Positions 51,419-62,981 of a DNA stretch of 64,000 nucleotides are shown piece after piece. This DNA comes from Anolis carolinensis (Eukaryota), in NCBI RefSeq assembly GCF_035594765.1, contig NC_085841.1, forward strand, positions 318,007,402 through 318,071,401, read 5' to 3'. The notes under the pieces were generated by a model, which had not been told where the DNA came from, made no database searches, and was given only the letters and a program-made list of their open reading frames with translations. The position numbers and the translations under genes are program-made. Every line of letters begins with the position of its first letter. Positions within the stretch are counted from its first letter, which is position 1.

Positions 51419-51927
51419 AACCAAATGCAGTTTGTTCTATATCATGAGTAGTATGCTACTACTCTACATAGAGAGATTTTGGATAGGTGATGCATAAGCA
51501 AATACAGAAACTTTCAAAATAAATTTTATCTTGGCATCATCCTACGGACAGCGTTGTATCAACATGGTTGGAAGCACTCATCAAGATGCTGAGATTATGC
51601 AGTGCAGACAAGCATAAGATGCAGCCAGGTAATGTTTCCCTCTAAAGGTCAATGTACTGCAGTGGTGTTGTCGTTATGCATCCTGCAGCAGGCTGAGTGC
51701 TCGAACACAGATATTACCATGGAGCACTAATAGTAGGTGACATTTGGCCAAGACTGCAATGTGAAGTCAACTTCCTAAATAAAACTCACTCAATTCAGTG
51801 GAAATTCTGACTAGACCATCCATGTCTCCAATTTTATCAAAGACAAATTTCCATTTGCAGGACTCTCAGAGGAAAATACTCAGTGTGAAGACATCCTCTG
51901 TTTGAAGGGTTGTCCAGTGTCAATATA

Positions 51928-52249
51928 GTAAAGGTTTTCCCCTGACGTTAAGTCTAGTCATGTCTGACTCTGGGGGTTGTTGTTCATCTTCTTTCTAAGC
52001 CGAGCTGGTGTTGTCCGTAGACACCTGCAAGGTCATGTGGCTGGCATGACTGCATGGAGTGCTTTTACCTTCCCCCCGGAGCGGTACCTATTGATCTACT
52101 CACATTTGCATGTTTTTGAACTGCTAGGTGGGCAGGAGCTGGGGCTAACAGCTGGCGCTCATTCCACTCCCAGGATTTGAACCTGGCACCTTTTGGTCCA
52201 CAAGTTCAGCAGCTCAGCGCTTTAACACACTGTGCCACCAGGGGCCCCT
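51928..52249 (-). mobile_element. Sauria SINE
   Basis: Full length. 13-bp TSD CAGTGTCAATATA at 51915-51927 and 52250-52262. Confidence 0.95.
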
Positions 52250-52458
52250 CAGTGTCAATATACTTTAAGGTAAAACAATCTTCATCTTAAGGACTTGATA
52301 AGATGTTTAAAAAGAATAAAAAATCCATCTTCTCTAGGTTTGTAGTTTAGTGAGGCCCAGGACCTGTCTGGACCCTTAAAGCCCCCTCCCTAAACTACAA
52401 GCCCCAGAATTCTGCAGGAGGCAGAAACCGGATTTAAAAATGGATCTATGCTCTACTG

Positions 52459-52593
52459 CAGTGGTTCTCAACCTGCGGATACCCAGATGTTTTGGCCTAC
52501 AACTCTCAGAAATTCCAGCCAGTTTATCAGCTGTTATGATTTCTGGGAGTTGAAAGCCAAAACATCTGGGGACCCGCAGGTTGAGAACCACTG
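52459..52593. mobile_element. hAT MITE, same family as 34054-34187 in opposite orientation
   Basis: TIRs CAGTGGTTCTCAACCTG / CAGGTTGAGAACCACTG. TSD CTCTACTG/CTCTAGTG (7/8). Confidence 0.92.
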
Positions 52594-54043
52594 CTCTAGT
52601 GTGATACTTGTAGGTTTTAGCTCTAAGTGTTTGAAGACTGATTCATTTTATAAGATAAAAACAGCAATGGGAACACTAAGAAATTTAAAATAAAGTCTAT
52701 AATATAAAATAGTGGCAATTGCCTCATAATATACAAGAAATCTTAGGAATAAATAAGCACCAACTTTTGAACTGATAGATTTTTTTCCTTTGCTCCATTG
52801 AATATCTAAGAATGGTAAGATTCAATAATAAATTTCTCATTTTTGATAACATATGAAATCACTTCAGAGACTGAACCTTTCAAACTAGAAATTTACTTTT
52901 CCACCATACCTTTCAGAAGCTATATTTCAAAAGCTAGTCTTTTTGTTTTCTAGTTGTCCATTATTAGCAGTAATCTTAACCATCTCTAACCTCTCCTATG
53001 ATAGGTTTGGCATTAAATGTCAACCAACTTGTTTCATAGGCTAATTTTTCATTTTCATTTTCACACTTATGTCAACTCATGACATTATAGCTCTTTAATT
53101 TCTTCAGTGAAATACGGTGTCAGCAGGAAACAGTAGTAATTTAGGATTATGTATTCAAGTCTCTTTCCAGTAGAGTTGAACTCCCCAGGTCATCTTCCAG
53201 TCTATCTTCCGCAAACACTTGTATAACATAAAATGATCCAATGGTTTACTGTTTTCTTTTACAGAAGAAAGCAGCAACAGGGGTGCCCACATATAGCATT
53301 TGGCCAAAATGAACTACATTGAAACTAACATGTCTTCAAGTATATTCATTTATGCCCCACTTGTTAAAAATAAGAAGCAGGAGTGGGTATCATAGGGATA
53401 CACCTTGAAATATTGTTGTAACCTGGATTTTCAGCACATTCTTATGTAATTTTACATGGCGGAATAAAAAGTTATAATTCTATAGCTTTTCAAGAATTTG
53501 TAACATGAGGAACTTATATAGTAGAGGAGGTTGGACTAGATGTCCTATAAGACTCCTTTCACTGTTTGACTCTAACTGTGGAAAGTACATTTAATGTACC
53601 ATCTGCACTTGTGCACAGGTCAGTTTCATGCATTAGCCGAAGGCAGGTTTTGGGGTCACACAGTTATGGGTTTTGATGTTATCCATTATTAAGTCAAGAG
53701 TAATTCCATGGAGAGGGGGGAAGGCCAGTGTTGCCATTTTCTCATCCAGGCATTCAGACAAGTCAGAAGAGACACTGTGGTGAAGAGATTAGAAGGGATT
53801 GCTGCTTCTTTTGGGTTCTCTCAGAACAGACTAAGCTCTTGTCCTTTGCACAGAGAAGTGGGAGTTCCTTATACATTAACCCATGGATAAGTCGGGTTTT
53901 TTTGTTTAATTTATTGATTAAAATTTATAGACCTTACACAAGTATATACAGTATAAGTATTTCAAAATTACAATTGTCAATAGATACAGATATTTTCTGT
54001 CCACTCAAACCATATGTAGTCTTGATTTATACACTCTGCTGAA

Positions 54044-54367
54044 CAGGTTGAGCATCCTTTATCAGAACTTCCCAAATCTGAAATACTCCAAAGTATGCAA
54101 TTGTCCACATGGGTAGTTGAGATAGTGACACACTTGCTGTTTGATGGTTCACTGTGTGCCATGCCCAACATTATTTAAAAATATTGTATACAATTACTTT
54201 TAGACTGCATGTATAAGGTGTGTTTTGTGTTTAGCCTTGGGTACCATCTTATTATATACATATACTCAAATACAGGCATTTCAAAATCCAAAGGGGAGGA
54301 GGAGGATTATTCCAAAATCCAAACCACTCCTAGACTCACACATTTTGGACAAGGGATATTTAACCTG
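54044..54367. mobile_element. Tigger-like MITE
   Basis: CAGGTTGAGCATCCTTTATC ... GACAAGGGATATTTAACCTG-TA imperfect TIRs. Confidence 0.7.
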
Positions 54368-55305
54368 TATATAATATGGATGACCCTTTCTAACTGAGTC
54401 CAACAGCATAGTGCATGTAATTTTGTAAATAAGATATCGGAAAATGATAAAGATCTTGATAAAAATGATTAAATGTTGATTGATGGATATTATTTGTATT
54501 GGCTACCCTAAAGGAGGGAAAGGGATTAATATGACGAGAAAAGCCACATTCTGAGTTCTATTTATTCATATTTATGGGCATTTGGATTTGCATACAAATG
54601 TTCCTGCACCTTTACTGTTCCATACAGGAAAAAGTCCTCCTCTGCATTTGTATAAAGTATCTTTTTACAGCTGGGGTCAGTATAAGGTGAATTGAAGCAT
54701 TAATATACTGGTTGACCTTTCCCAGGAATTCCAGATAAAGACCCAGAAGTTGAGTCAGAGATAATCACAAGATCTGGAATTTACAAAAACAAACTCTCCA
54801 TACATCTACCTGTCAGACCTCTTCCTCTAAGAGAGGACACAAGGTCACTGAAAAGGCCTCTTTCCATCAACTTATTATTATCATTCTTTGAGTGCAGTTC
54901 AAAAGTATGCATGGAAGGCCCTGATTCTTCAATGCTGTGCACCTCCTCTCAGTATTTTATTCTACTTTTTTTCTTTTTAGAACACACCATTTAAACATGT
55001 TAAGGGGGTAGAGGTTGAAAAACAAGTTTGTATAGAATCAGGCTTGTTCTGAGAACATCCACACACAAATGGATGTTGCCTAGATTGCTGATATGAATAA
55101 GCTCTCATATCTGCATTAAACTTTGGACAGCAATTTCAGAGAAATTACTGATTGAGCTGCAGTGCGTTGTGCAATTGCAATTCTTACGTGCATTTGACAA
55201 CAACCCTGCAGGTCTGTTATGCCAATCCACAAAGGATTCATGTTGTACAGTTGATTGCCTATGACAGCATAATAAGGATTATTGGATCCAGAGGCTATCT
55301 CTCTA

Positions 55306-55518
55306 TGGGTACATCTACACTGTAGGATTAGTGCAGTCTGGCATCACTTTAACTGCACAATGCAGTGGAATCATGCTAGGTATAGTTTTGAAAGGTCTTT
55401 AGCCTTTTCTGTCAAAGAGTGCTGGTGCCTTACCAAATTACAAATCGCATACGGTAGCATTATGTCATGCCAGTTAAAGTGATGCCAAACTGCATTAATT
55501 CTTTAGTGTAGGTGCACC
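55306..55518. mobile_element. Harbinger-type MITE, old
   Basis: GGGTACATCTACACT ... AGTGTAGGTGCACC inverted termini, with internal inverted GGCATCACTTTAACTG / CAGTTAAAGTGATGCC. Confidence 0.7.
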
Positions 55519-55926
55519 TGATGCCTGCTCTTATAAGAATTATGATGATGATGATGATGTCCATTTATATCCCACTTTTTCTCTCACAAGGAGACTCAAA
55601 GTGGCTGTCAAAGTGGTAGTTTTAGATAGAAAGTGCCACATTATAGTTCTTCTGCACATTCTATTCAGAACCAAGATCTCCTGTGTGATACCAATGCTAT
55701 TGTAACTCACAAGTTTTCTCTTTTTAATCTGGCAGCAATGAAAATTCAGACTAAACGTATTGCCATTATTGCAGTTGATTGCTGTGGGAATGTTCTTAGT
55801 TACAACATTCTGTTTTTATTAAATTGTATCTTAATGGTATGGAATTTTAATAGACATGATATGTATGCCAATTGTTTTATGTAGTATTTTTATAATGTTT
55901 TATATTGTTGCTCTTTTATATCCTTG

Positions 55927-56252
55927 TGTCAGGACCCATGTTTCCCGGGCCTTCACGTTGGCGCCGGGAATCAGGCCCCTGACATTCCCGCGCATTCCTG
56001 AACTGATAAGCAGGCCGGGGCCGGCCTTGAGACATCAACGGACAAAGGGGGTTTTTGGCGGGCACTGTGCGCGGGTTTTTTCACTGAGCGGGAATTGCTT
56101 GTTTGAATGTGGGAGGAGGCTATATAAAGGGACCCGAGGGCATCACCCAGCACTCTTGGCTTCTTATGCGTCAGTTATCCTTCAGTAAACATTCATCTTG
56201 TTTACGTGCCGGTCTCGCGTCTTCATTCCCGAGCGGCTGGAGTGAGCTGACA
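55927..56252 (+). repeat. 5' LTR
   Basis: TGTCA...TGACA. TATATAAA at 56121, AGTAAA at about 56184. Three substitutions relative to the 3' LTR. Confidence 0.98.
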
Positions 56253-56255
56253 GGC

Positions 56256-56266
56256 AAGCCAAGAGT
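56256..56266 (+). promoter_or_regulatory. Self-priming primer-binding site
   Basis: AAGCCAAGAGT is the exact reverse complement of ACTCTTGGCTT (56152-56162), which lies 31 nt after the TATA start. There is no TGG tRNA-type PBS. Confidence 0.8.
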
Positions 56267-56295
56267 ACTGACGCCATCCTGTGTTACAGTGAGGT

Positions 56296-56790
56296 ATGGA
56301 AATGGACGAAGAGGCAGAAACTTTGATCGGAGCAGAGGGGGGCATGTCCCTCTCCGACCAGTTCGAGGGGTTTGCAGCCGTGGCGGCTTCCACCGCATAT
56401 GCGCACCCTAACGGAGTCACTCGTAGACGAGAGAGGGCGCGAAGGGACGACGCGGAGCCCAAGTAGCGATTTGAGCTTCGTGTCCCCACAAAGACTAGAG
56501 TTCCTGGAGGAGAGAATGGGTGCCCTCGAAAGCACGCTTGACGTCATGTCAAAAGCGATGGAGCGCCTCGCTCCTCTCCTCGCGGCAAGCTGGGAGGGAA
56601 TGGCCCGGGCCGAACCCAGGCAGACGACGGGCGAGGAATGGACCCAGGGGGCCCCGAAAGACATGGGGGCCCGCGCCAAATCCCAAACGGGCCTCGCGAG
56701 GACGGAGGGGGGCGACAATGGCAGTAGCGAGGACAAAAGAAGACCCCAGAGAGAGCCGTTGGATTTTCTCCCCCCCCGGTGCCCCCGGCA
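56296..56790 (+). pseudogene. gag: gag N-terminal region with two apparent frameshifts
   Basis: ATG 56296 (MEMDEEAETL...) stops at 56464. The coiled-coil-like RLEFLEERMGALESTLDVMSKAMERL lies in the next frame (56372-56920). The frame returns to that of 56779 near the C-run at about 56770-56777. Confidence 0.6.
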
Positions 56791-59700
56791 CACGCCGGGC
56801 GCGGCGCTAGCCATCGAGGGGAAGCGACGGGACATCATCACCGAGCCCCAGGGGACATGCAACGCACCGGGCCGTGGGGACCGCCTGCCCCATTCCCACA
56901 GCAGAGGAGGGAGGAGTTGAGAATCGAGTACGAGGGGGAACCCTCTGAGCTAGACTTTTTCATGACCACCGTCAGAGGCTTCATGGAGGACAACGGACAG
57001 ACTTTTGCGTCCGAAGCCAGTCGGGTTAGGGCTATAGGAGCCGCCTTGAGGAAGGCAGCTGCGGGTTGGTATGTGCAACTACATGCCAGGCGCGACCCCT
57101 GCCTGAACTCTGTACGGCAGTTCCTGGCAGCCCTGGAAGGCCGTTTCCGCGATCCGCTGGAGCAACTCCGGGCGAAGGAGGGGCTGAGAACCATCCTCCA
57201 GGGGCAGAGGTCAGTCTCCCAGTACGTGGAGGAATTCCAGAGCCTAGCAGAAAAGGTTAGAGACTGGAGCGACGTGACGAAGCTGGAGTGCTTTAAGGAG
57301 GGGCTGAGACCCGAGCTCCTCTCCTGGGCGGCACACAGAGACGATCCAGGGACGCTACAAGGCTGGATTCAGCTGGCAGGGCGCGTCGAGACAACGCTAG
57401 CTCAAGTGAGGAGACAACGAGGAGGCGGAAGACCACAACGACAGCAACCCCAGCCGAGCGGGGAGATCAGGAAGCCAGGGGGACCCCCCTCCGGGAAACG
57501 ACCTGAGGGAAAAGGAAATACCAACAAGGCATGGAGCGGATGTTTCGTGTGCGGGCGTGTAGGGCACCGGGCTGCCGAATGCTGGCAGCGGAAAGGGGAA
57601 GGGGGCAACCAGCCCAAACCCAAGACTGCGGCAGGAAAGCGGGCAGAGGAGGAAACTCCGGGAGGAAGCCGACCCGATGAGCTAGTAAGTCATGACAAAA
57701 GAATGCTAGTAATGCCAATTAGAATAGAGGGGAAGGACAAACACGCCACATGTAAAGCTTTTATCGACTGCGGGTGCTCGAGGAACATCGTCACACCCGA
57801 ACTAGCAGGGGAATTGGGGTGCGAGACGGTGGCGCTCGGGACACCGCTCGCATTCTCGCAGCTCGATGGATCCCTGGCCTCAGGAGGGGTGGCCAAACAC
57901 TCCGTAGAGAAGGTCAAATGCCAGATAGGGACCTGGGGAGGAGAGGTGTCGTTTGTCATATCCCCAATGGCGACCTATAACGTAATATTAGGCATGCCAT
58001 GGTTGGAACAGGCCAATCCACTTATTGATTGGGAGGCTAGGAGCCTACTCTTCAAAAGGATAGAGAAAGAGATAAGCAACAAGGGGGAAGAAGAACTTGG
58101 CAGGTTGGAAGAACTGGCTAGGCAATTACCCGAAGAATATCGTGACTTTGTTGATGTTTTTGACGAAAAGGGAGCCGATAAATTTCCACCCAAAAGGAGA
58201 GTAGAAGTAGGGATCGAACTAGTGCCAGGGGCAGAACTCCCCAAAGCTAAAATCTACCCGATGTCTGCACAGGAAAAGGAGGAACTGAGGAAGTATATTG
58301 ACAAAAACTTGGCACGGGGTTTCATAGAACCATCGAATTCCCCCCTGGGGGCCCCAGTGTTGTTCAGGCGTAAAAAGGACAATTCGCTTAGGCTATGTAT
58401 TGACTATAGAAATCTGAACGCAATCAGCACAGATAACAAATACCCATTACCCCTAATGAAGGATTTGTTGTCCCAATTGGCAGAGGGGAAAATATTCACG
58501 AAATTAGACTTAATTGAAGCGTACCACAAATTAAGGATCAAACCAGAAGACAGGTGGAAGACTGCTTTCTCCTGTAATTATGGATTATTCAACTACCGAG
58601 TGTGCCCTTTTGGTTTAAAAAATGCAGGAAGCGTATTTATGCAGTTAATTAACGAGGTACTCCACCCGTTGTTACACAGGGGAGTCTATGTCTACCTAGA
58701 TGACATATTAATAAGAGGGGAGACCAAACAGCAGCATGTCCAATTGGTGAGGGAAGTACTCCAAAAGCTTAGGGAAGCAAAACTCTATGCCAGGATAGCC
58801 AAATGCGAATTCAACAAGGACCAAATAGACTTCCTGGGATACAGAATTTCATCCCAAGGGATAGCCATGGACCCCGCTAAGGTGGAGGATGTGAAAGGGT
58901 GGGAGGCCCCAAAAACCCGTAAACAACTACAGTCCTTCCTTGGGTTTGCGAATTTCTACCGGACGTTTGTGAAAGACTTTGCACAACTAACACTGCCACT
59001 GACAGACCTACTAAAGACAAAGGGGAGGGGGGAAACGACCAGAGTAAAGGCCCCGGGGGCTAAGCTGGCGTGGACAAGGGAATGCCAAGAGGCCTTTGAA
59101 GCCCTAAAGGGGAAATTTACAGAGGAACCGGTGTTGCAACACCCTGATATGTCCAAGCAATTTGTTGTACATTGCGATGCCTCCGATTGTGCGTATGGGG
59201 CGGTCCTGTTGCAAAGGGACCGGGAGGGTAACCTTAAACCATGCGGGTACCTGTCGCGAAAATTCAATGATGTAGAGAAGCGCTGGCCGATTTGGGAAAG
59301 GGAAGCGCTGGCCATCTTGAGAGCACTGGAATGCTGGAGACACCTCCTGGAAGGAAGCGGGACCCCTTTTGAAGTGTGGTCTGACCATAAAAATTTACAA
59401 TACCTGAGATCCCCTCGCAAACTGTCCCCCAAGCAAATGAGATGGGCCCAGTATTTCAGCAGATTCGACTTCCAACTGAAATTTTTCCAGGGGAAACATA
59501 ATGTACTGCCTGACGCGCTCTCACGCATGCCTCAGCATGAGGTGGGGCCCCAAGACTCCGAGGGAGGGATATTCTCAGACAAACAGTGGGGCCTAGCGGT
59601 CACAACCAGAGCGCAAGCCGAGAGAGAGAATAAACTCACGGCCATCAAGACGGAGGGGGAAACATGGGAGAAGGAATTAAAGCAAGCATATCAGGGGGAC

Positions 59701-60102
59701 ACCTGGTTGATTTCCAATAAGGGGAAGGGGGAACTGCATGGAGGTTTGATGTTTGTCAACAAAAAGCTGTACATTCCTGAAATATTGCGGCCAGAAATGC
59801 TGAAACGGTATCACGACAGTAAAGGGGCGGGCCACCTGGGGCTTACAAAAACCATAAAGCTATTAGCAAGGCAATGTTGGTGGCCGGGGATGAGGGGAGA
59901 TGTGAAGTCACACATCGCCAAATGTGACCTATGTGCAGAAAACAAAACAACCCCCGGGAAACCACAAGGGCTGTTACAAACCGTAGTAGAACCCACGAGG
60001 CCGTGGGAATGCATAGCGATGGATTTTGTGGGCGAACTACCCCCTAGCCGGGGGTGTCGATACATTTGGACTGTTTTGGACCTGTTTTCCAAACAGGCCC
60101 AC
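56779..60102 (+). CDS. pol: Gag-Pol polyprotein, part 1 (capsid, CCHC knuckle, protease, RT, RNase H, integrase N-terminus)
   Basis: CFVCGRVGHRAAEC, AFIDCGC, LRLCIDYRNLN, PFGL, YLDD, HCDASD, WSDHKNL, integrase H-X6-H...CDLC and AMDFV. Open for 1108 codons up to the inserted LTR. Confidence 0.95.
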
Positions 60103-61078
60103 TGTGATGACCCATGGGCCTTGTAGTCCTGCTCATGACATTGTGATGCCTGATGAAGAAGGAAACTTGGGTTTTTTACCTTCCCAGTCAGAACTGGATT
60201 CTTCCCAGACAGATTCTTCCCAGCCAGATCTGGGAACCTTGCACCTGCAAGAGGGTTATGTCCCAGAAGTATGTCAAACAAACACTGAGGCTACATCTCC
60301 TGTGTTTTCTCGCCATGAGTTTTGTAAACAACAGAGAGGTTTGGAAGCGGCCTCGCGCAGGAGTGCTAGAATAATTGCTAAGAATTTAGCCAATTAAGCC
60401 TGCTTTCCATGAGAATCTTTAAGGAGTCAAACATCTGGTCTCAGAGATTAGCTTTCGTTTCTGGTTCCCAGAGAACTGCTCTCGGCGGGAAAGTTAGACT
60501 CTATATAGGTGTTTTACCCGCGGAGTAACTTTGCGGAGTCAATTCGTCAGCCTCCGGAGCGAGTTGCGTCTGGACAGCGCGCTCCGATCCAAGCCTCGTT
60601 CCTGTTCAAGCCTTGTTCTTGTTTTCAAGCCTTCGCTCCTGTTTCCCAGCCTTGTTTACCTACGGACCTTGCCTCGCCTTTCAGGACTAAGCCTTGCCTT
60701 GTTTCACGGATTTTACCAAGTAATTCCACGGATCTTGTTCTTGTTCCTTGTTACCTTGTGCCACGATTCAAGCCTTGTTTTCAAGTATCAAGTTAATTCC
60801 TAGCCTTGCTCAAGTTCATGGACTAAAGGACCTTGTCATCTCCCCTCACTTTGCCTGGCAAAGTGAGTGTTTCGGTTATTGGATTACAACTTTGGACCTT
60901 AATATTTCATATTGAACATTGTTTCTTTGGACTAATTTTGACCTTTCCTGAAAGGTCTGCTTCTGGACTAACTTTTACATTTGCTTTTATTAACTTTATA
61001 TATTTCCTTAATAAAGATATTAGATAGAATCTGGCCTCTGCGTATGGTTATTGGTGCTCTGTAGCCTGGGTCGTGACA
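60103..61078 (+). mobile_element. Solo LTR (976 bp) nested in the Gypsy integrase
   Basis: TGTGA...TGACA ends. Perfect TSD CCCAC at 60098-60102 and 61079-61083. TATATA at 60502, AATAAA at about 61010, internal AAGCCTTG-like repeats. Confidence 0.96.
60104..60397 (+). CDS. Putative LTR U3-encoded peptide (97 aa; ends RRSARIIAKNLAN*)
   Basis: Intact frame from LTR base 2. Homologous to 38547-38822, with a net in-frame 6-codon length difference. Confidence 0.55.
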   Translation: MMTHGPCSPAHDIVMPDEEGNLGFLPSQSELDSSQTDSSQPDLGTLHLQEGYVPEVCQTNTEATSPVFSRHEFCKQQRGLEAASRRSARIIAKNLAN

Positions 61079-61083
61079 CCCAC

Positions 61084-61842
61084 TTCGTGCCGCTACAGAA
61101 ACTCCCCTCGGCTGAGAAACTCGCCGAGCTGTATATTAAACACATTTATCGCCTGCACGGATGCCCCGAGAAGGTAATTAGCGATAGGGGGGTCCAGTTC
61201 ACGGCGAGGTTTTGGGGGACGTTCTTACAGATGCTGGGGGCAGAGAGGAGCCTAAGCTCAGCGTTCCACCCCATGACCAACGGGGGGGTCGAACGCACAC
61301 AGCAAACGCTGGCGCAATACCTGAGAATATATTCTAACCGTAGGCAGAACGACTGGGCTGACCTATTACCGTTCGCTGAGGCAGCCTTTAACGGGGCGAC
61401 GCACTCCGCCACAGGGAGATCCCCCTTTGAGATTGTATACGGCCAAGAAGTAGCGCCGTTCCCAAAGTTGCCCGAGTGGAAAGAAGAGGGGGAGTTCGAA
61501 GGCAGGGAATGGCGAACAAGGATCAGAGCTGGGTGGCAGGATGTGGCGGCGGCACTGAGAGAAACGCAGCGAAAGTACAAACTATTTGCTGACCGAAAGC
61601 GCAGGGAGGGGGAGACAATTGAGGAGGAAGACTTGGTCTGGCTGAGTACAAAAAACTTAAGTCTGGGGCTCCCCTCCAAAAAGTTGAGCCCGCGTTACAT
61701 AGGCCCCTTCAGAGTGTCAAGGAGAATCAACGAGGTCACCTACCAACTGAAACTACCAAGGGATCTGGGGAAGGTACACCCAGTATTCCATTGTAGCTTG
61801 CTTAAGAAATACAGGGGTACGTTGGACAACGGAGAGTCGTAG
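61084..61842 (+). CDS. pol: Pol part 2: integrase core and GPY/F domain, no chromodomain
   Basis: ISDRGVQF, HPMTNGGVER and RYIGPF. In frame with part 1 once the 981-bp insertion (LTR plus one TSD copy) is removed, joining as KQAH|FVPL. Confidence 0.95.
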   Translation, partial: FVPLQKLPSAEKLAELYIKHIYRLHGCPEKVISDRGVQFTARFWGTFLQMLGAERSLSSAFHPMTNGGVERTQQTLAQYLRIYSNRRQNDWADLLPFAEAAFNGATHSATGRSPFEIVYGQEVAPFPKLPEWKEEGEFEGREWRTRIRAGWQDVAAALRETQRKYKLFADRKRREGETIEEEDLVWLSTKNLSLGLPSKKLSPRYIGPFRVSRRINEVTYQLKLPRDLGKVHPVFHCSLLKKYRGTLDNGES

Positions 61843-61863
61843 ATGTATTGGTTGTTTCTTTTC

Positions 61864-61891
61864 AGGAGGAAGAGGAAGAAGAGGAGGAGGA
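61864..61891 (+). promoter_or_regulatory. Polypurine tract
   Basis: AGGAGGAAGAGGAAGAAGAGGAGGAGGA just before the 3' LTR. Confidence 0.9.
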
Positions 61892-61896
61892 CACCA

Positions 61897-62222
61897 TGTC
61901 AGGACCCATGTTTCCCGGGCCTTCACGTTGGCGCCGGGAATCAGGCCCCTGACATTCCCGCGCATTCCTGAACTGATAAGCAGGCCGGGGCCGGCCTTGA
62001 GACATCAACGGACAAAGGGGGTTTTTGGCGGGCACTGTGCGCGGGTTTTTTCACTGAGCGGGAATTGCTTGTTTGAATGTGGGAGGAGGGTATATAAAGG
62101 GACCCGAGGGCATCACCCAGCACTCTTGGCTTCTTATGCATCAGTTATCCTTCAGTAAACGTTCATCTTGTTTACGTGCCGGTCTCGCGTCTTCATTCCC
62201 GAGCGGCTGGAGTGAGCTGACA
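61897..62222 (+). repeat. 3' LTR
   Basis: 323/326 identical to the 5' LTR. Confidence 0.98.
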
Positions 62223-62373
62223 TCCTTGTATATAGTTGCTTCTTTACATACTGTATTTCTTTGTGTGAATGCATTAATAAGCGGAATAGATAAAAAGTGA
62301 AGATTTATATGAACACAGAGGAAATACCATAAAAATAGGGAGATGTCAAAGGCCATTACCTGATTAGCCAGAT

Positions 62374-62699
62374 GGGTAAACGTAAAGGTTTCCTCCTGAC
62401 ATTAAGTCTAGTTGTGTCGGGGGATTGGTGCTCATCTGCATTTCTAAGCCGAAGAGCTGGCGTTGTCCATAGATGCCTCCAAGGTCATGTGGCCAGCATG
62501 ACTGCATGGAACACTGTTACCTTCCCACCAGAACGGTACCTATTGCCCTACTTACATTTGCATGTTTTCAAACTGCTAGGTTGACAGAAGCTGGGGCTAA
62601 CAGTGGGAGCTCACCCTGCTCCCCAGATTCAAACTGCTGACCTTTTGGTCAACAAGTTCAGCAGCTCAGAGGTTTAATCCACTGCACCACTAGAGGCTT
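62374..62699 (-). mobile_element. Sauria SINE
   Basis: 13-bp TSD TGATTAGCCAGAT at 62361-62373 and 62700-62712. Confidence 0.95.
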
Positions 62700-62981
62700 T
62701 GATTAGCCAGATACACAAGGTCATTTTACATCTGGCCAAAAATATTTTAACATGTTATATCAATGAGATTTTAATTCTAAGTTTTACCTTAAACTGTTTT
62801 TACTTTACTATTTCTGGAAGTCACCCTGGGAGAAAGGTAGCATATAAGTGAAATAAAAGATAGACAAACAGACAAACAAGAAACTTTTGCATAATGTGTT
62901 TCTCACTTGTCTGAAAAACACATTTATTAAAACAGGATTAAAACACTGATCAGAGCTATTATGAACACAGCCCAGAAGGGT

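Larger units (their letters stand above)
55927..62222 (+). mobile_element. Full-length young Ty3/Gypsy LTR retrotransposon (Tf1/sushi-like), interrupted by a solo LTR
   Basis: Paired 326-bp LTRs, TSD TCCTTG at 55921-55926 and 62223-62228, domain order gag-PR-RT-RH-IN, PPT, CpG-rich compared with the flanks. Confidence 0.98.

Noticed and set aside
60026-60103. Apparent 26-codon N-terminal extension of the LTR ORF (ORF track 60026-60397)
   Set aside because: It is an off-frame reading of the host integrase upstream of the TSD. Homology with the 38547 ORF starts exactly at the LTR edge.
60104-60397. Captured HMGN gene or processed pseudogene
   Set aside because: Similarity is limited to RRSAR. 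The rest of HMGN (PKRK start, lysine/proline-rich domain, acidic C-terminal tail) is absent and the charge order is reversed, so this is convergence at most.
56284-61679. Long antisense ORFs over the Gypsy element (e.g. 56284-56862, 58956-59528, 61146-61679)
   Set aside because: Shadows of a GC-rich coding strand with no recognisable motifs.
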